Source of the DNA: Candidatus Wirthbacteria bacterium
GTDB taxonomy: Bacteria > Patescibacteriota > CG2-30-54-11
Reading direction: 5' to 3'
Assembly: GCA_903889905.1 (NCBI GenBank)
Contig: CAISZI010000048.1
Span: 70,668-134,667, forward strand
Length of the DNA stretch: 64,000 nucleotides
Positions 1 to 9,723 of the stretch are shown here, one piece after another. The notes under the pieces were generated by a model that worked only from the letters and a program-made list of their open reading frames with translations, had not been told where the DNA came from and ran no database searches. The position numbers were made by a program, and so were the translations under genes. The first letter of the stretch is position 1. Each line of letters begins with the position of its first letter.

Positions 1-23
1 TAGAACCTATGATGTCCAACCCA

Positions 24-55
24 AAGTAGAGACGCAAAAACTTGCGTCTCTACTT
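24..55. repeat. GTAG-type REP-like palindrome
   Basis: Perfect 14-bp inverted repeat AAGTAGAGACGCAA-aaac-TTGCGTCTCTACTT containing the GTAG end motif of REP elements. Confidence 0.75.
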
Positions 56-119
56 GTCAATTCACCCCGTTGCGCCTTAAGATGTGAGTATCGTCAACCC
101 ACACCTGGAAAAAGCCGCA

Positions 120-1937
120 ATGACAGCTAACACAACCGAAAAAATTGCCGTTCTCGACTTTGGTGGACAATACGCCCATTTGATCGCCAAACGCGTGCGT
201 GACCTGGGGGCACATTCCGAAATTCTGCTACCCGACGCTGCTTCCGCCAAACTTAAAACTTACAAAGGGATCATCCTCTCGGGTGGACCAGCGTTTGTTT
301 TTGCCGCCGATGCACCCCCGTATAATCCCGACCTTTTCAGCCTCGGTATTCCGGTCCTGGGTGTCTGCTACGGCCATCAACTGATGGCCTACACCAATGG
401 TGGCGAGGCGCAAAAGGGCGAACGGCGTGAAGATGGCTTTGCGCAGCTGCAGATCAAGGATTCTTCATCGCTGCTCCAGGGGTGGAACGAAACGGAAACC
501 GTCTGGATGAGCCACGGCAGCGAAGTCAATAAGTTGCCACCGGGTTTTACGATCCTGGCCTCCACCGAGAACTGTCCGATTGCGGTCATGGGTGACCTGA
601 GTCGTAAACTCTATGGCATCCAGTTTCACGCCGAAGTCACCCACACCCCCAAAGGCATACAGCTTTACGACAATTTTCTCAATATTTGTGGCATCGCGCG
701 AACCTGGAAAATCAGCAATCTGATCCCACAAATTCTGGAGAACATCCGCACCCAGGTCCAGGATCGCAACGTTTTCCTGCTCGTCTCCGGTGGCATTGAT
801 TCCACTGTCGCTTTTATGCTACTCAACCAGGCGCTGGGCAAGGAGCGCGTGTATGGTCTGCATGTGGACACAGGTTTTATGCGCCAGGACGAAAGCCACA
901 AAGTGCAAACCGCCCTGCGCCAAATTGGGATGGACAATTTCCACATTGTCGATGCCTCGATCCAGTTTTTGCAGGCAGTTAATCGGCTGATCGATCCCGA
1001 ACAAAAACGCCGCGCCATTGGCAAGGTTTTCCTGGACGTTCAAACCAGCGAAACGTCCCGTATGAAACTTGATCCAGCCAAGTGGATGCTCGGCCAGGGC
1101 ACACTCTACCCAGACACGATCGAAAGTGGCGGCACCAAACACGCTGACACGATCAAAACCCACCACAACCGCGTGCCTGAAATTCAGGCCATGATTGACC
1201 AGGGACTGGTGGTTGAACCCGTCGCCAATCTTTATAAAGACGAAGTGCGTAAAATTGGCGAAGAACTGGGACTGCCCGAAGAACTTGTCTGGCGTCACAC
1301 TTTCCCCGGTCCGGGACTGGCTGTGCAGGAAATCTGTGCCACGGCAGCCGAACCGGTTGCTGATTATGACCAACTCAAACAAAATTTAAATAAACTGACA
1401 TCCGCTCAAGGCTACAGCGCGGACATTCTGCCCATTCGCAGTGTCGGTGTCCAGGGCGACGAGCGCAGCTATGCACATCCTGCTGTGGTTATGGGTGAAC
1501 AAAACTGGACCAAACTGGCTGACCTGGCGACGCGTATTACCAACCAATTTCGTGCCATCAACCGTGTCATCTTCCTGGTCCAGCCAGAGCAACTCGCAAG
1601 CAGCAAGCTGCAACAGATCAAACCCACGACGATCACGCGCCAAAGTCTCAACCTCCATCGCCAGGCCGACGATGTGGCCAACCAGATTTTACTCAAACAC
1701 GACCTCTACCGCACCCTTTATGAGTTTCCCGTGGTTATGATTCCGATCAGCCCCGCAGGTGGACAAAGCATCGTGCTGCGGCCGCTGTATTCCGAAAATG
1801 TGATGACCGTCGAATTCGCCAAACTCCCCTGGCCCGTGGTGCAGCAAATGGCCACGGCTATCCTGGCTTTGCCGGGCATAGACGCAGTCTTCTACGATAT
1901 CACCAACAAACCACCGGGCACGGTGCAGTGGGAATAG
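120..1937 (+). CDS. guaA: GMP synthase (glutamine-hydrolysing), long type with duplicated C-terminal domain
   Basis: LDFGGQYAHLIA N-terminus, GVCYGHQ catalytic Cys, QFHAEV, SGGIDS PP-loop, IKTHHN, YDITNKPPGTVQWE C-terminus; ATG at 120 preferred over GTG at 84. Confidence 0.95.
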   Translation: MTANTTEKIAVLDFGGQYAHLIAKRVRDLGAHSEILLPDAASAKLKTYKGIILSGGPAFVFAADAPPYNPDLFSLGIPVLGVCYGHQLMAYTNGGEAQKGERREDGFAQLQIKDSSSLLQGWNETETVWMSHGSEVNKLPPGFTILASTENCPIAVMGDLSRKLYGIQFHAEVTHTPKGIQLYDNFLNICGIARTWKISNLIPQILENIRTQVQDRNVFLLVSGGIDSTVAFMLLNQALGKERVYGLHVDTGFMRQDESHKVQTALRQIGMDNFHIVDASIQFLQAVNRLIDPEQKRRAIGKVFLDVQTSETSRMKLDPAKWMLGQGTLYPDTIESGGTKHADTIKTHHNRVPEIQAMIDQGLVVEPVANLYKDEVRKIGEELGLPEELVWRHTFPGPGLAVQEICATAAEPVADYDQLKQNLNKLTSAQGYSADILPIRSVGVQGDERSYAHPAVVMGEQNWTKLADLATRITNQFRAINRVIFLVQPEQLASSKLQQIKPTTITRQSLNLHRQADDVANQILLKHDLYRTLYEFPVVMIPISPAGGQSIVLRPLYSENVMTVEFAKLPWPVVQQMATAILALPGIDAVFYDITNKPPGTVQWE

Positions 1938-1938
1938 A

Positions 1939-3714
1939 CTAGGGAATCACTTCCAGCTGTGTAAACACTGCTGCTGAACAGGTCACATCCTGCAGCAGAT
2001 CGGTTTTGTTAATGACCCCAAAAAACCAAGTTCCGCTAGAAAGTGTCGCGTCGAGTGTTTTGCCTGTGGCGCTGACACTTTCATTTTGGACATCCGTCAG
2101 GTCGCAGGCCGTTGGCTTGGCCTTGATTTTGGAAAAAGTCACGATGTAGGCACCACCGGAAATGCTGTCATTCCAGCTTACATTGACCTTGCCTTTGCCC
2201 AGATTCACAGCCTGAAACTTGGTGATCGCACCGGTGCTGGCCGGCGGCGGCGTTGGCGGCGTCAAACTGACGACAAGCACATTCGACGAGGCCAGACAGT
2301 CGGCGCCTTGCGTCAGACAAAGTTTAAAATACCACGTGCCCAGCGTTGGCAAGATCAGCTGCGCGGTGCTGACAGCTTTGCCGTAAGTGGCAGCAGAAAT
2401 ACTGCTCCCATCATTTACGGAGGCCTGATCCTGGCCATAAACCAGTTTAAACCCACTGGCGGCGTCATATCCGATAACTTGCCACTTCAAATTCAGCGTC
2501 TGACCGCTGGCACTTATTTTTTGGAGCAATACATACGGCTGTGCCGCGACCGGCGTGGAAGTGGTAGAACTGTTGTTAGCTGGTGTCGTCGTTGTCGGCG
2601 TGGCTGTGGCAGGGGTTTGAGTTGCGGGAGAATAACTGATCGAAACCTGTTTTTGGTTGTGATTACCCAATTTGTCATCTGCAGTAACAACGACCAAGTT
2701 GTCGCCATCCTTCAAAGCCACATCCAGGGTAAACTTACCGTCATTTCCCAATTCCACTTTCTGGCCATTGATACTGACCAGGCTGACGCCACTGCCTACG
2801 ACAGAGCCACTTACCGACGTTTTGTCGGCGGTTGACTTCTCTCCATCTTTGGGCGTGTCAATGGTAATTACCGGCCCACTCTGGTCGCCCAGAATTCCCA
2901 TGTCGAAACCCAATTGGGAATCACGGTCGCTGTTTTGGGTAATCCACTGCAACCCAAGGTCGTCTTTGTGCAAATCGCTTTGCAGGTAATTTTTGCCGCT
3001 GTGGCTGATCGTCATCATCTGGCCTTCGGTCATGTCCAGCGTCTGGTCAAAAAGCTGTACCTGCACGCCGTGTTGCAGCGTCATCACTTTGTCCAGGCCG
3101 GCACCATCATCAACTTTGGTATCAAAAGCGGTACCGCGCGCAATCACAATCGATGACGGCAGCAACACACGATATTCAATGTCGGTATTGGTATGGGGTT
3201 TGATCCGGTGATAAACCTCACCACTTATTTGGGAAAACGTCACACTCTGCAAGTTGTTGCCGCTGCTGTCTGCTTCAAGTGACTGCACGATCACGTCTGA
3301 TCCAGAGGCCAGCCGCATTTCACCGCCATCATAAAGGGACAACACGGCATAGCCATTGTCACCGGTAATGATTTCACTGCCTTCCTGAAAACGCATGCCT
3401 TCCTGCGCCAGTTGCACCCGATCGGTGAGCTGGCGGTACTGAACCAACCCCGTCATTTTAACCAGCACCAGGCCTTTTTGATTGAGGTTGTTCCCGGCAA
3501 TAACAATGGCACCGCCCCGGGCAAAAAACAGCGAATAGACCAGAAATACAAACAACAACCCGCCCGCGATCACCCCGCCAAACATGGCATAACGACGGTA
3601 TTTTTCGCCACGGGCCGAGATCTTCTCTTTTTCAACCTTCCATTGCAATTCTTGCAGCGGCGCAGGGACATCGGTAACGGTCGGTTTTGTGATTTGTGGC
3701 AACGGAGACGACAT
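1939..3714 (-). CDS. Membrane-anchored FecR-domain protein with Ig-like domains and Thr/Pro linkers
   Basis: N-terminal TM; FecR-like ITGDNGYAVLSLYDGGEMRL...IARGTAF; Ig-like repeat (DGKFTLDVALKDGDNLVVVTADDKLGN); T/P-rich linkers. Confidence 0.7.
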   Translation of the reverse strand: MSSPLPQITKPTVTDVPAPLQELQWKVEKEKISARGEKYRRYAMFGGVIAGGLLFVFLVYSLFFARGGAIVIAGNNLNQKGLVLVKMTGLVQYRQLTDRVQLAQEGMRFQEGSEIITGDNGYAVLSLYDGGEMRLASGSDVIVQSLEADSSGNNLQSVTFSQISGEVYHRIKPHTNTDIEYRVLLPSSIVIARGTAFDTKVDDGAGLDKVMTLQHGVQVQLFDQTLDMTEGQMMTISHSGKNYLQSDLHKDDLGLQWITQNSDRDSQLGFDMGILGDQSGPVITIDTPKDGEKSTADKTSVSGSVVGSGVSLVSINGQKVELGNDGKFTLDVALKDGDNLVVVTADDKLGNHNQKQVSISYSPATQTPATATPTTTTPANNSSTTSTPVAAQPYVLLQKISASGQTLNLKWQVIGYDAASGFKLVYGQDQASVNDGSSISAATYGKAVSTAQLILPTLGTWYFKLCLTQGADCLASSNVLVVSLTPPTPPPASTGAITKFQAVNLGKGKVNVSWNDSISGGAYIVTFSKIKAKPTACDLTDVQNESVSATGKTLDATLSSGTWFFGVINKTDLLQDVTCSAAVFTQLEVIP

Positions 3715-3805
3715 TTCTGTTTCTTCCAAAATTTAACCTGCAACCACCCGCCAGTTTGCCACGTTTAAGCTTTCGAGGCAACTTGTTTGACTAAAAAATC
3801 GGTAT

Positions 3806-3848
3806 AAAAAAGCATCATTCCCGCAGAAACGCTTCAAGGGAATGATGC
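3806..3848 (-). terminator. Intrinsic terminator downstream of tRNA-Val
   Basis: Stem GCATCATTCCC/GGGAATGATGC followed by T6 on the minus strand. Confidence 0.65.
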
Positions 3849-3866
3849 ACCGCTTATTTCTTTTGC

Positions 3867-3893
3867 CTACTTTTCTTTTTGAAAGAAAAGTAG
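3867..3893. repeat. AT-rich palindrome next to the tRNA 3' end
   Basis: CTACTTTTCTTT-ttg-AAAGAAAAGTAG, 12-bp perfect inverted repeat. Confidence 0.55.
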
Positions 3894-3900
3894 AACTCTG

Positions 3901-3977
3901 TGGTGGGCGGTATAGGACTCGAACCTATGACCTTCTGCACGTCAAGCAGACGCTCTAACCAACTGAGCTAACCGCCC
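3901..3977 (-). tRNA. tRNA-Val(GAC)
   Basis: Reverse complement GGGCGGTTAGCTCAGTTGGTTAGAGCG TCTGC TT GAC GT GCAGA AGGTC ATAGG TTCGAGT CCTAT ACCGCCC A CCA; complete cloverleaf with encoded CCA. Confidence 0.97.
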
Positions 3978-3992
3978 CCAATGCACCGTCTT

Positions 3993-4021
3993 TTTATACC
4001 CTAAACCCCCCTATTTGACAA
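3993..4021 (-). promoter_or_regulatory. Sigma70 promoter for tRNA-Val, overlapping a divergent TTGACA box
   Basis: Minus strand TTGTCA-17 bp-TATAAA; plus strand TTGACA at 4015-4020 with TGnTATTTA 18 bp downstream. Confidence 0.6.
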
Positions 4022-4221
4022 GCCTGCTCAAAAGTTGTTATTTAAGTACGAACTTCTTACCCATGCACCAACTTGTCCCACTGCGGGACGGAGAAGAGAT
4101 GCCCATACCCACCCGACACCAGCCAATCCTGCCAACGCCAAGCAAGAGCAAGTCATCTGAAATCGCCAGTAACTACTAGCGCAAATTCATCAAAACAGTC
4201 AGCACTCCCGCCAGCGTTGCC

Positions 4222-5715
4222 ATGATCGGACTGGCTGTGCTGGTGTTGTTTGTCCTGTTTAAGGCATGGTGGAATGCCTGGGATACTGCGCAGTGGCACG
4301 CCGATGCCGGCAGCGAAATGCTTGACATGCTGCATATGGTTCGTGACCGTGCCTGGCTGCAGTTGGGTGCACCTTCGAGCACAGGCGGATATCGCCTGCC
4401 TCCCTTCTTCTACCTGCTTTTAATTCCCAGCGCCATACTGGCCAACTGGAACCCGCTTGGCCCGATTCTCTTTGGAGCCACACTCAATGTTTTGGCCCTG
4501 CCGCTATTGTATGCAGCCGTCCACAAAGTCACCAGGCGATACAGCTCGGCCCTGATGGCAACCTACGTGTTAGGATTGTCAACAGCACTGATGCCACTCT
4601 TCCGGTCGATGTGGTCCGTCTATCCCGGTCTTTTTTTTATGGCGCTGTTTCTCTATGGTGGCACGCACCTGGACATTGGCAAATTCAAAGCAACACTGGC
4701 GCTTGCCATCAGTACAGCCGCCCTCTGGAGTTTTCATACGTTTCTATTTTTTACTTTGCCCATGGGATTGCTATTCTTTGCCTATTCTATCAGAAAAAGC
4801 ACCAAACGTTTCCAGCATGCCGCTGTGTTTGTCTCAACTATCGTCGGCATCAACCTGACGCTGATTTTGGCAGAATTCCACCGCCACTTTGCCAATCTGC
4901 ACGGCTTTGTTCATGACCTGAACCACACCCAAAAAGCATCGCTTAACTACTTTAACCACATCGGACCGTTCTGGCAGCTTACCGTCCGATTCTTCCTGCA
5001 ATTTCTCTGGCCAAAAGCTGTTGGCAACCGCGTTTATCAGCTCAGCTCTGTACTGCTCGTGCTGGCTATTGGCTGTGTTCTGGTTTATGTGTCAAAAAAG
5101 CTCTACGCCAAAAACATGGCTCGGGACGTCGCCTTTGTGATTCTCTTTTTCATGATTGGGTTTTTGGAACTTTTTGCCTACAAAGGTCCGTGGGCTGGTT
5201 GGTACTTTATTCCGCTCTGGCTGCTGCCACCCGTGCTTTGCGGAGTCAGCGTTGGTTTTTTGTGCCACCTCGCCGGAGCCAATCGGCGCAGGCAATGGAG
5301 CCTCCTGATCGCCTTGTGCCTGGCTCTTTGTATTCAGGCATTGGTAAACATTAACCAAACCAGAGTGGCCTATTTAATCCGTACCTCCAATCTATCCTAT
5401 GCCACTCGCTACTTGTCTGATGTGGCCAGCCTAACGCACTGGATCGAAGAGGATGCCAGGGGCAAGCCCTTCGCTTTTTACAACAGTGAATATCCATCCA
5501 ACCCTTCCGACTACACTTTTTTCTTTATACGTGACCACAGCCTTTACCAAAACACGGCCAGCGTCCTTTACCTGCTCATCGGTTCCAAAACGCCAGATAA
5601 TGAAAGCATCAAATGGATTGCCTGCGTGCAGCACCCGCCTGCATTTCAATTCCGGGATTTCGCCATTTACCGTTTAACCGCACCGCAATGCCTGCATATT
5701 GCCTTGAGTAAATAG
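4222..5715 (+). CDS. GT-C fold (ArnT/PMT-like) integral membrane glycosyltransferase
   Basis: Multiple TMs; first-loop acidic motif (HADAGSE) followed by LGAPSS...LPPFFYLL. Confidence 0.7.
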   Translation: MIGLAVLVLFVLFKAWWNAWDTAQWHADAGSEMLDMLHMVRDRAWLQLGAPSSTGGYRLPPFFYLLLIPSAILANWNPLGPILFGATLNVLALPLLYAAVHKVTRRYSSALMATYVLGLSTALMPLFRSMWSVYPGLFFMALFLYGGTHLDIGKFKATLALAISTAALWSFHTFLFFTLPMGLLFFAYSIRKSTKRFQHAAVFVSTIVGINLTLILAEFHRHFANLHGFVHDLNHTQKASLNYFNHIGPFWQLTVRFFLQFLWPKAVGNRVYQLSSVLLVLAIGCVLVYVSKKLYAKNMARDVAFVILFFMIGFLELFAYKGPWAGWYFIPLWLLPPVLCGVSVGFLCHLAGANRRRQWSLLIALCLALCIQALVNINQTRVAYLIRTSNLSYATRYLSDVASLTHWIEEDARGKPFAFYNSEYPSNPSDYTFFFIRDHSLYQNTASVLYLLIGSKTPDNESIKWIACVQHPPAFQFRDFAIYRLTAPQCLHIALSK

Positions 5716-5724
5716 ATAAAAATA

Positions 5725-7587
5725 ATGCTTCAACCCAAATCATCACTTAAAACTGCCATACTGGCAACGCTTGGCGCAGTAATGTTATGTGCACTGATCC
5801 TGCTGGTCTGGCTGGGCAAGAACTCAGTGCCAACGCTTTGGGATCAGGGGCGCCATACTGGACTGAGTTACTACTATTTCAACACGCTCAAATTACATGG
5901 CATTAGTCATTTTATCGGCGCACTTGCCCATTATAATTATTACCCGCCGTTTTATTATTTGCCGTCCCTGCCACTCTATGCTGTTTTTGGCCTGCATGAC
6001 GCCACGGCAATAGCGAGCAACCTTATTTACCTCGCTCTACTGGCGCTGTTCACTTTCCTGTCTACCTACAAACTTTCAGAGCGCAAACCGGGCGCGGCAC
6101 TGATCGCGGCGGTCCTGGTGATCACCTTTCCATTTCTGTCCTACCAGACCAAGGAATTCATGCCCGACGTGGCGCTTACGGCCGTGCTCGCTTGCGGTTT
6201 CTGGTTGTTACTCAAAACTGACCAGTTCAGTAAACCAAAATGGTCCCTGCTCTGGGGAGCAAGTCTGGGAGTCGGCATGCTGGTCAAATGGACTTATGCT
6301 TTTTACTGGATCATTCCGATCAGCTGGTATCTGATCTGTTATTGGTCCCACGGTTTTAGATCTAGGAAACTGCTGGTCACAGCCAGCCTGTATCTGGTGG
6401 CCAACCTGGGCGGTATGTTCTGGCTTATTCAGCGGCATGGCCCTTTTTCCAGCCACTCCCGCTTTCCCGCGGTTGTCGGACTTGCCGCTCTGCTCATGAT
6501 GGCAGGCGGCGTCACATTACTGGTCTGGCTGAACGCCTGGTCAACGCATCGGTCCCAACCGTTTAACCTCAAACAGATCCATCACCTGCTGGGTCAAACG
6601 TTGCATCACCAGGCCGTATTGCCACTGCTTAACCTGTGCGCCAGCCTGGTCACTGGCGCAATTGTCAGCGGCTGGTGGTATGTTCCCAATTTTGGCGATC
6701 TCTACCGCGACTTTGTCGTCAATGCCTTCAGTGCCGGCGCCCGTGAAGGAGATCCGGCCATCAGTACTTTTGCCGCCTGGACGCACTATCTCAAGGATTT
6801 GCTCGACACGCAGTTGTTTCCACTGCTGACGCTACTCGCGATCTTGGCAGCGTGCTGGTATTGCTATCGTGCTTTCCAAAAAAAACCAATTCCACCGGGC
6901 ATCCAAGGGTTGCTCATGATCCTGATTTCGGGCTTTATCATGCTTAATTTGATTCAAAACAAAGATGCGCGCTATTTTCTACCGCTAATGGTTGGATTTG
7001 CCATCCTGATTGCCTTGTGGTGGGACAAGTGCGTCAAGAACGGCTGGCTGAAATACAGCCTGGTGGTACTGATGCTGATCCGCTACTGCTGGCAATTTTT
7101 TGGGACACCGGCTGTTGTGATGGAAATGGTCAATATTGTCGACCACAACTTGTGGCAACGACCGTTGCTGGTCAACTTCATCCATAGCCACACGTGGAAG
7201 CCGAGACAGTTAAATATGCCAACTGCCGACATTGTGCAAGCAATCATCAACAATTGCCAAGCTTCAGACGCGGCCAAGCCAAAAGTACTGCTGATCCTGG
7301 GCAATGAGGCGAACGGTGATTTTAATGACTGGAACATTGCCAAGGAAAATGACCGGATAGGCACTCCCTTGATCGTTGCCTTCACGCCTGAGGTACTGCC
7401 ACCTGCCACGGCTGATTGCGTTTTACTGGCACGACAACCGGAAAGTGAACAGGCTTGGCAAAAAATATCTGCAACCCTGCCGGCAAACCTTTCCTTCGTG
7501 GTTGCAGCAAGCTGGCAATTGCCTGAAAATTTCAACCTGGAATTGATCAAAATTGACCATGCCAGCACGCCGTCAACAATTCGATAA
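5725..7587 (+). CDS. GT-C fold (ArnT/PMT_2, GT83-like) glycosyltransferase
   Basis: WDQGRH loop, YYPPFYY, EFMPD, GMLVKWT, KDARYFLP motifs; multiple TMs. Confidence 0.8.
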   Translation: MLQPKSSLKTAILATLGAVMLCALILLVWLGKNSVPTLWDQGRHTGLSYYYFNTLKLHGISHFIGALAHYNYYPPFYYLPSLPLYAVFGLHDATAIASNLIYLALLALFTFLSTYKLSERKPGAALIAAVLVITFPFLSYQTKEFMPDVALTAVLACGFWLLLKTDQFSKPKWSLLWGASLGVGMLVKWTYAFYWIIPISWYLICYWSHGFRSRKLLVTASLYLVANLGGMFWLIQRHGPFSSHSRFPAVVGLAALLMMAGGVTLLVWLNAWSTHRSQPFNLKQIHHLLGQTLHHQAVLPLLNLCASLVTGAIVSGWWYVPNFGDLYRDFVVNAFSAGAREGDPAISTFAAWTHYLKDLLDTQLFPLLTLLAILAACWYCYRAFQKKPIPPGIQGLLMILISGFIMLNLIQNKDARYFLPLMVGFAILIALWWDKCVKNGWLKYSLVVLMLIRYCWQFFGTPAVVMEMVNIVDHNLWQRPLLVNFIHSHTWKPRQLNMPTADIVQAIINNCQASDAAKPKVLLILGNEANGDFNDWNIAKENDRIGTPLIVAFTPEVLPPATADCVLLARQPESEQAWQKISATLPANLSFVVAASWQLPENFNLELIKIDHASTPSTIR

Positions 7588-7625
7588 GTCAATCAAATGG
7601 CGGGAGTGAAACAAATATCCTCTTA

Positions 7626-8351
7626 TCAGTCCGATTCTCCCGCAGATCTCGGCGTCGCGGTCCCGTGTGCATGCAGCAAAAAACCCAGGGCTTCCACGAT
7701 CATGGTCAGACTGAATTTGGATTTTCCCAGCTGCCTATCCCGGAACACGATCGGAACTTCGATAACGCGAAATCCCGCACGTAACATGGTCAAAAGCACC
7801 TGTAACTGGTAGGCATAGCCCCGGGCTGTAATCTGATCAGTATGCAACGAGCCCACCACTGGCGCGCGCATGGCCCGGAACCCACCGGTGAAATCCTTAA
7901 TCTCAAGTCGCAGCCAACTGCGTGTAAGCTCATTGCCTGCCCAACTCACCAGGCGGCGCCACCATCCCCAGTCGGTGATTTTCCCACCTTCACAGTAACG
8001 CGATCCGACTGCCACGTCCGCTACCTGCAGTGCCGCAAACAGTCGCGTCAAGTCAAACGGATCATGCGACCCATCGGCATCCATGTAGGCAATTTCGTCT
8101 GCGCCTCGACGATAAGCCTCCTGCAATCCCATCAGGCAAGCGGGGCCATAACCTTCCCTTTTAGCGCGGACCAAAACGTCGACTTGCGGTAAGTCATGAG
8201 CACAGCGACGTACCATTTGTGCCGTCCCATCTGGCGAATTGTCATCAATCACCAAAACGCACGCTTCGGGCAATGCCACAGCAATTTGCCGCAATATCTT
8301 TTCAATATTTTCGGCTTCGTTATAGGTTGCGATCACGACGTAGCGCTGCAT
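7626..8351 (-). CDS. Polyprenol monophosphomannose synthase (DPM1-like GT2)
   Basis: TYNEAENI, IDDNSPDGT, MDADGSH, GSRY, D-TGGFRA, EVPIVFRDRQLGKSK. Confidence 0.9.
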   Translation of the reverse strand: MQRYVVIATYNEAENIEKILRQIAVALPEACVLVIDDNSPDGTAQMVRRCAHDLPQVDVLVRAKREGYGPACLMGLQEAYRRGADEIAYMDADGSHDPFDLTRLFAALQVADVAVGSRYCEGGKITDWGWWRRLVSWAGNELTRSWLRLEIKDFTGGFRAMRAPVVGSLHTDQITARGYAYQLQVLLTMLRAGFRVIEVPIVFRDRQLGKSKFSLTMIVEALGFLLHAHGTATPRSAGESD

Positions 8352-8359
8352 TGGTATCC

Positions 8360-9232
8360 TTAGAAATCAACAAATTCAAACAGCCGCGCCACATCCCTGT
8401 CGCCATTGCCTGCCGCCAACGCTTCGTTGAGTCGTCGCATCGCGTCACCAAAGACAAGCAAACCGTCCTGCTCGGCATCAGCAGCCATCTGATTGGCATA
8501 ATTCACGTCTTTGGTCATCCACTTGAGCGCAAAATTGACACACTCAGACGGGTTCATGATGCGCTCAAACGCGCCTTTGGTGGCAGGACTTGCTGGCCCC
8601 ATTTCGAGCAAGGCTTCGCCAGTCTGGCGAATGTCCAGTCCAACTTTCTGCGCCAGCTTAAGGCTTTCCACCAGACCCAGATTATGAATGGTTTGCAAAG
8701 TGTTCAGGATCAATTTGAAACGCATGCCAGAGCCGCTGGGGCCAAAATAATAAATCTTTTTGCTGATTGCTGCCAATGTGGCGCGAACACGTTCCAAGGT
8801 TGCTTCATCGCCACCAACCAAGAGTTGTAACTGACCACTTTCGGCGCCAGTTCGGCCACCCGTTACCGGGCTGTCCAAAAAAGCCAATCCTCGCTGACCA
8901 CAGTCACCAGCCAGTCGCAAAATCCAGGGAATTGAAAGACTAGCAGAAGTTAGTAAAATCTTGTCCTTTGTTGCTCCGGCCAGAATCCCCTCGTCCCCCA
9001 ACCAGACTTCCTGCGACGCCTCATCATTGGCAACCATTTCGATCACCACCTCCGCCCTGGCCGCAGCTGTTTTGGGAGTCGCGCACCAGCGGGCTCCCTG
9101 ATCAACCAAATCCTGCACCTTGGTCTGCGTCCGGTTCCAGATTGACGTCTCAAACCCTTTGGCCAAAAAATTCTGCACCATGCCACGCCCCATAATGCCC
9201 ACGCCCACCACGGCTACTTTTTGTTTACCCAT
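8360..9232 (-). CDS. NAD(P)-dependent oxidoreductase, 3-hydroxyisobutyrate dehydrogenase family
   Basis: VGVGIMG Rossmann motif, WNRT, DSPVTGG, FKLILN catalytic Lys motif. Confidence 0.9.
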   Translation of the reverse strand: MGKQKVAVVGVGIMGRGMVQNFLAKGFETSIWNRTQTKVQDLVDQGARWCATPKTAAARAEVVIEMVANDEASQEVWLGDEGILAGATKDKILLTSASLSIPWILRLAGDCGQRGLAFLDSPVTGGRTGAESGQLQLLVGGDEATLERVRATLAAISKKIYYFGPSGSGMRFKLILNTLQTIHNLGLVESLKLAQKVGLDIRQTGEALLEMGPASPATKGAFERIMNPSECVNFALKWMTKDVNYANQMAADAEQDGLLVFGDAMRRLNEALAAGNGDRDVARLFEFVDF

Positions 9233-9291
9233 ACTGCTGCCTCAACTAATAATTGCGACGCCGATCATCATAACGATTTGACAACAAAATA

Positions 9292-9319
9292 AAAAGTACT
9301 GATCAAGACCAGTACTTTT
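9292..9319. terminator. Intrinsic terminator, possibly bidirectional
   Basis: AAAAGTACTG/CAGTACTTTT stem just after the stop of the 9337-9723 gene. Confidence 0.5.
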
Positions 9320-9336
9320 ATTACTTTGGAATAAGA

Positions 9337-9723
9337 TCAGTAGCCCAATTGCTGATTAGTAACAGCACTCGAACTGAAATCATTGGTATCAATTTGATTG
9401 AGCAAAGCATCTATTTTTTTGATGCCATCCGTTACCTTCTGCTTGACCGGTACCTCTGTCACTGCTGGCGCTGATGATGTGACATTATTTGACTGCGGTA
9501 GCGTCGTCTTGGTGTTCGGATTGAGCTGATCGGGCGACAAGTTTGTCGATGGATTCAGGTTAGCAGGTGAACTTCGTGGTGGCTTGTTCTGTAACGGTAA
9601 CGTAAGCGGCGACGTCACCGGTTCGCCACGACTGATCAGAGCAGTCTTAGCGTTGCCACAGGCTGTAAGTAGCAGGCAACCACCAAGCAGTGTTAACAGC
9701 ACAAGCGCACGACGGATGCTCAT
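9337..9723 (-). CDS. Putative lipoprotein, Pro/Ser/Thr-rich
   Basis: Lipobox LLTAC after a hydrophobic stretch; ATGA overlap with the upstream gene. Confidence 0.65.
   Translation of the reverse strand: MSIRRALVLLTLLGGCLLLTACGNAKTALISRGEPVTSPLTLPLQNKPPRSSPANLNPSTNLSPDQLNPNTKTTLPQSNNVTSSAPAVTEVPVKQKVTDGIKKIDALLNQIDTNDFSSSAVTNQQLGY

Noticed and set aside
3-12. GAACCTATGA identical to part of the tRNA-Val T-arm (possible att site)
   Set aside because: Only 10 bp and cut by the window edge; compatible with chance.
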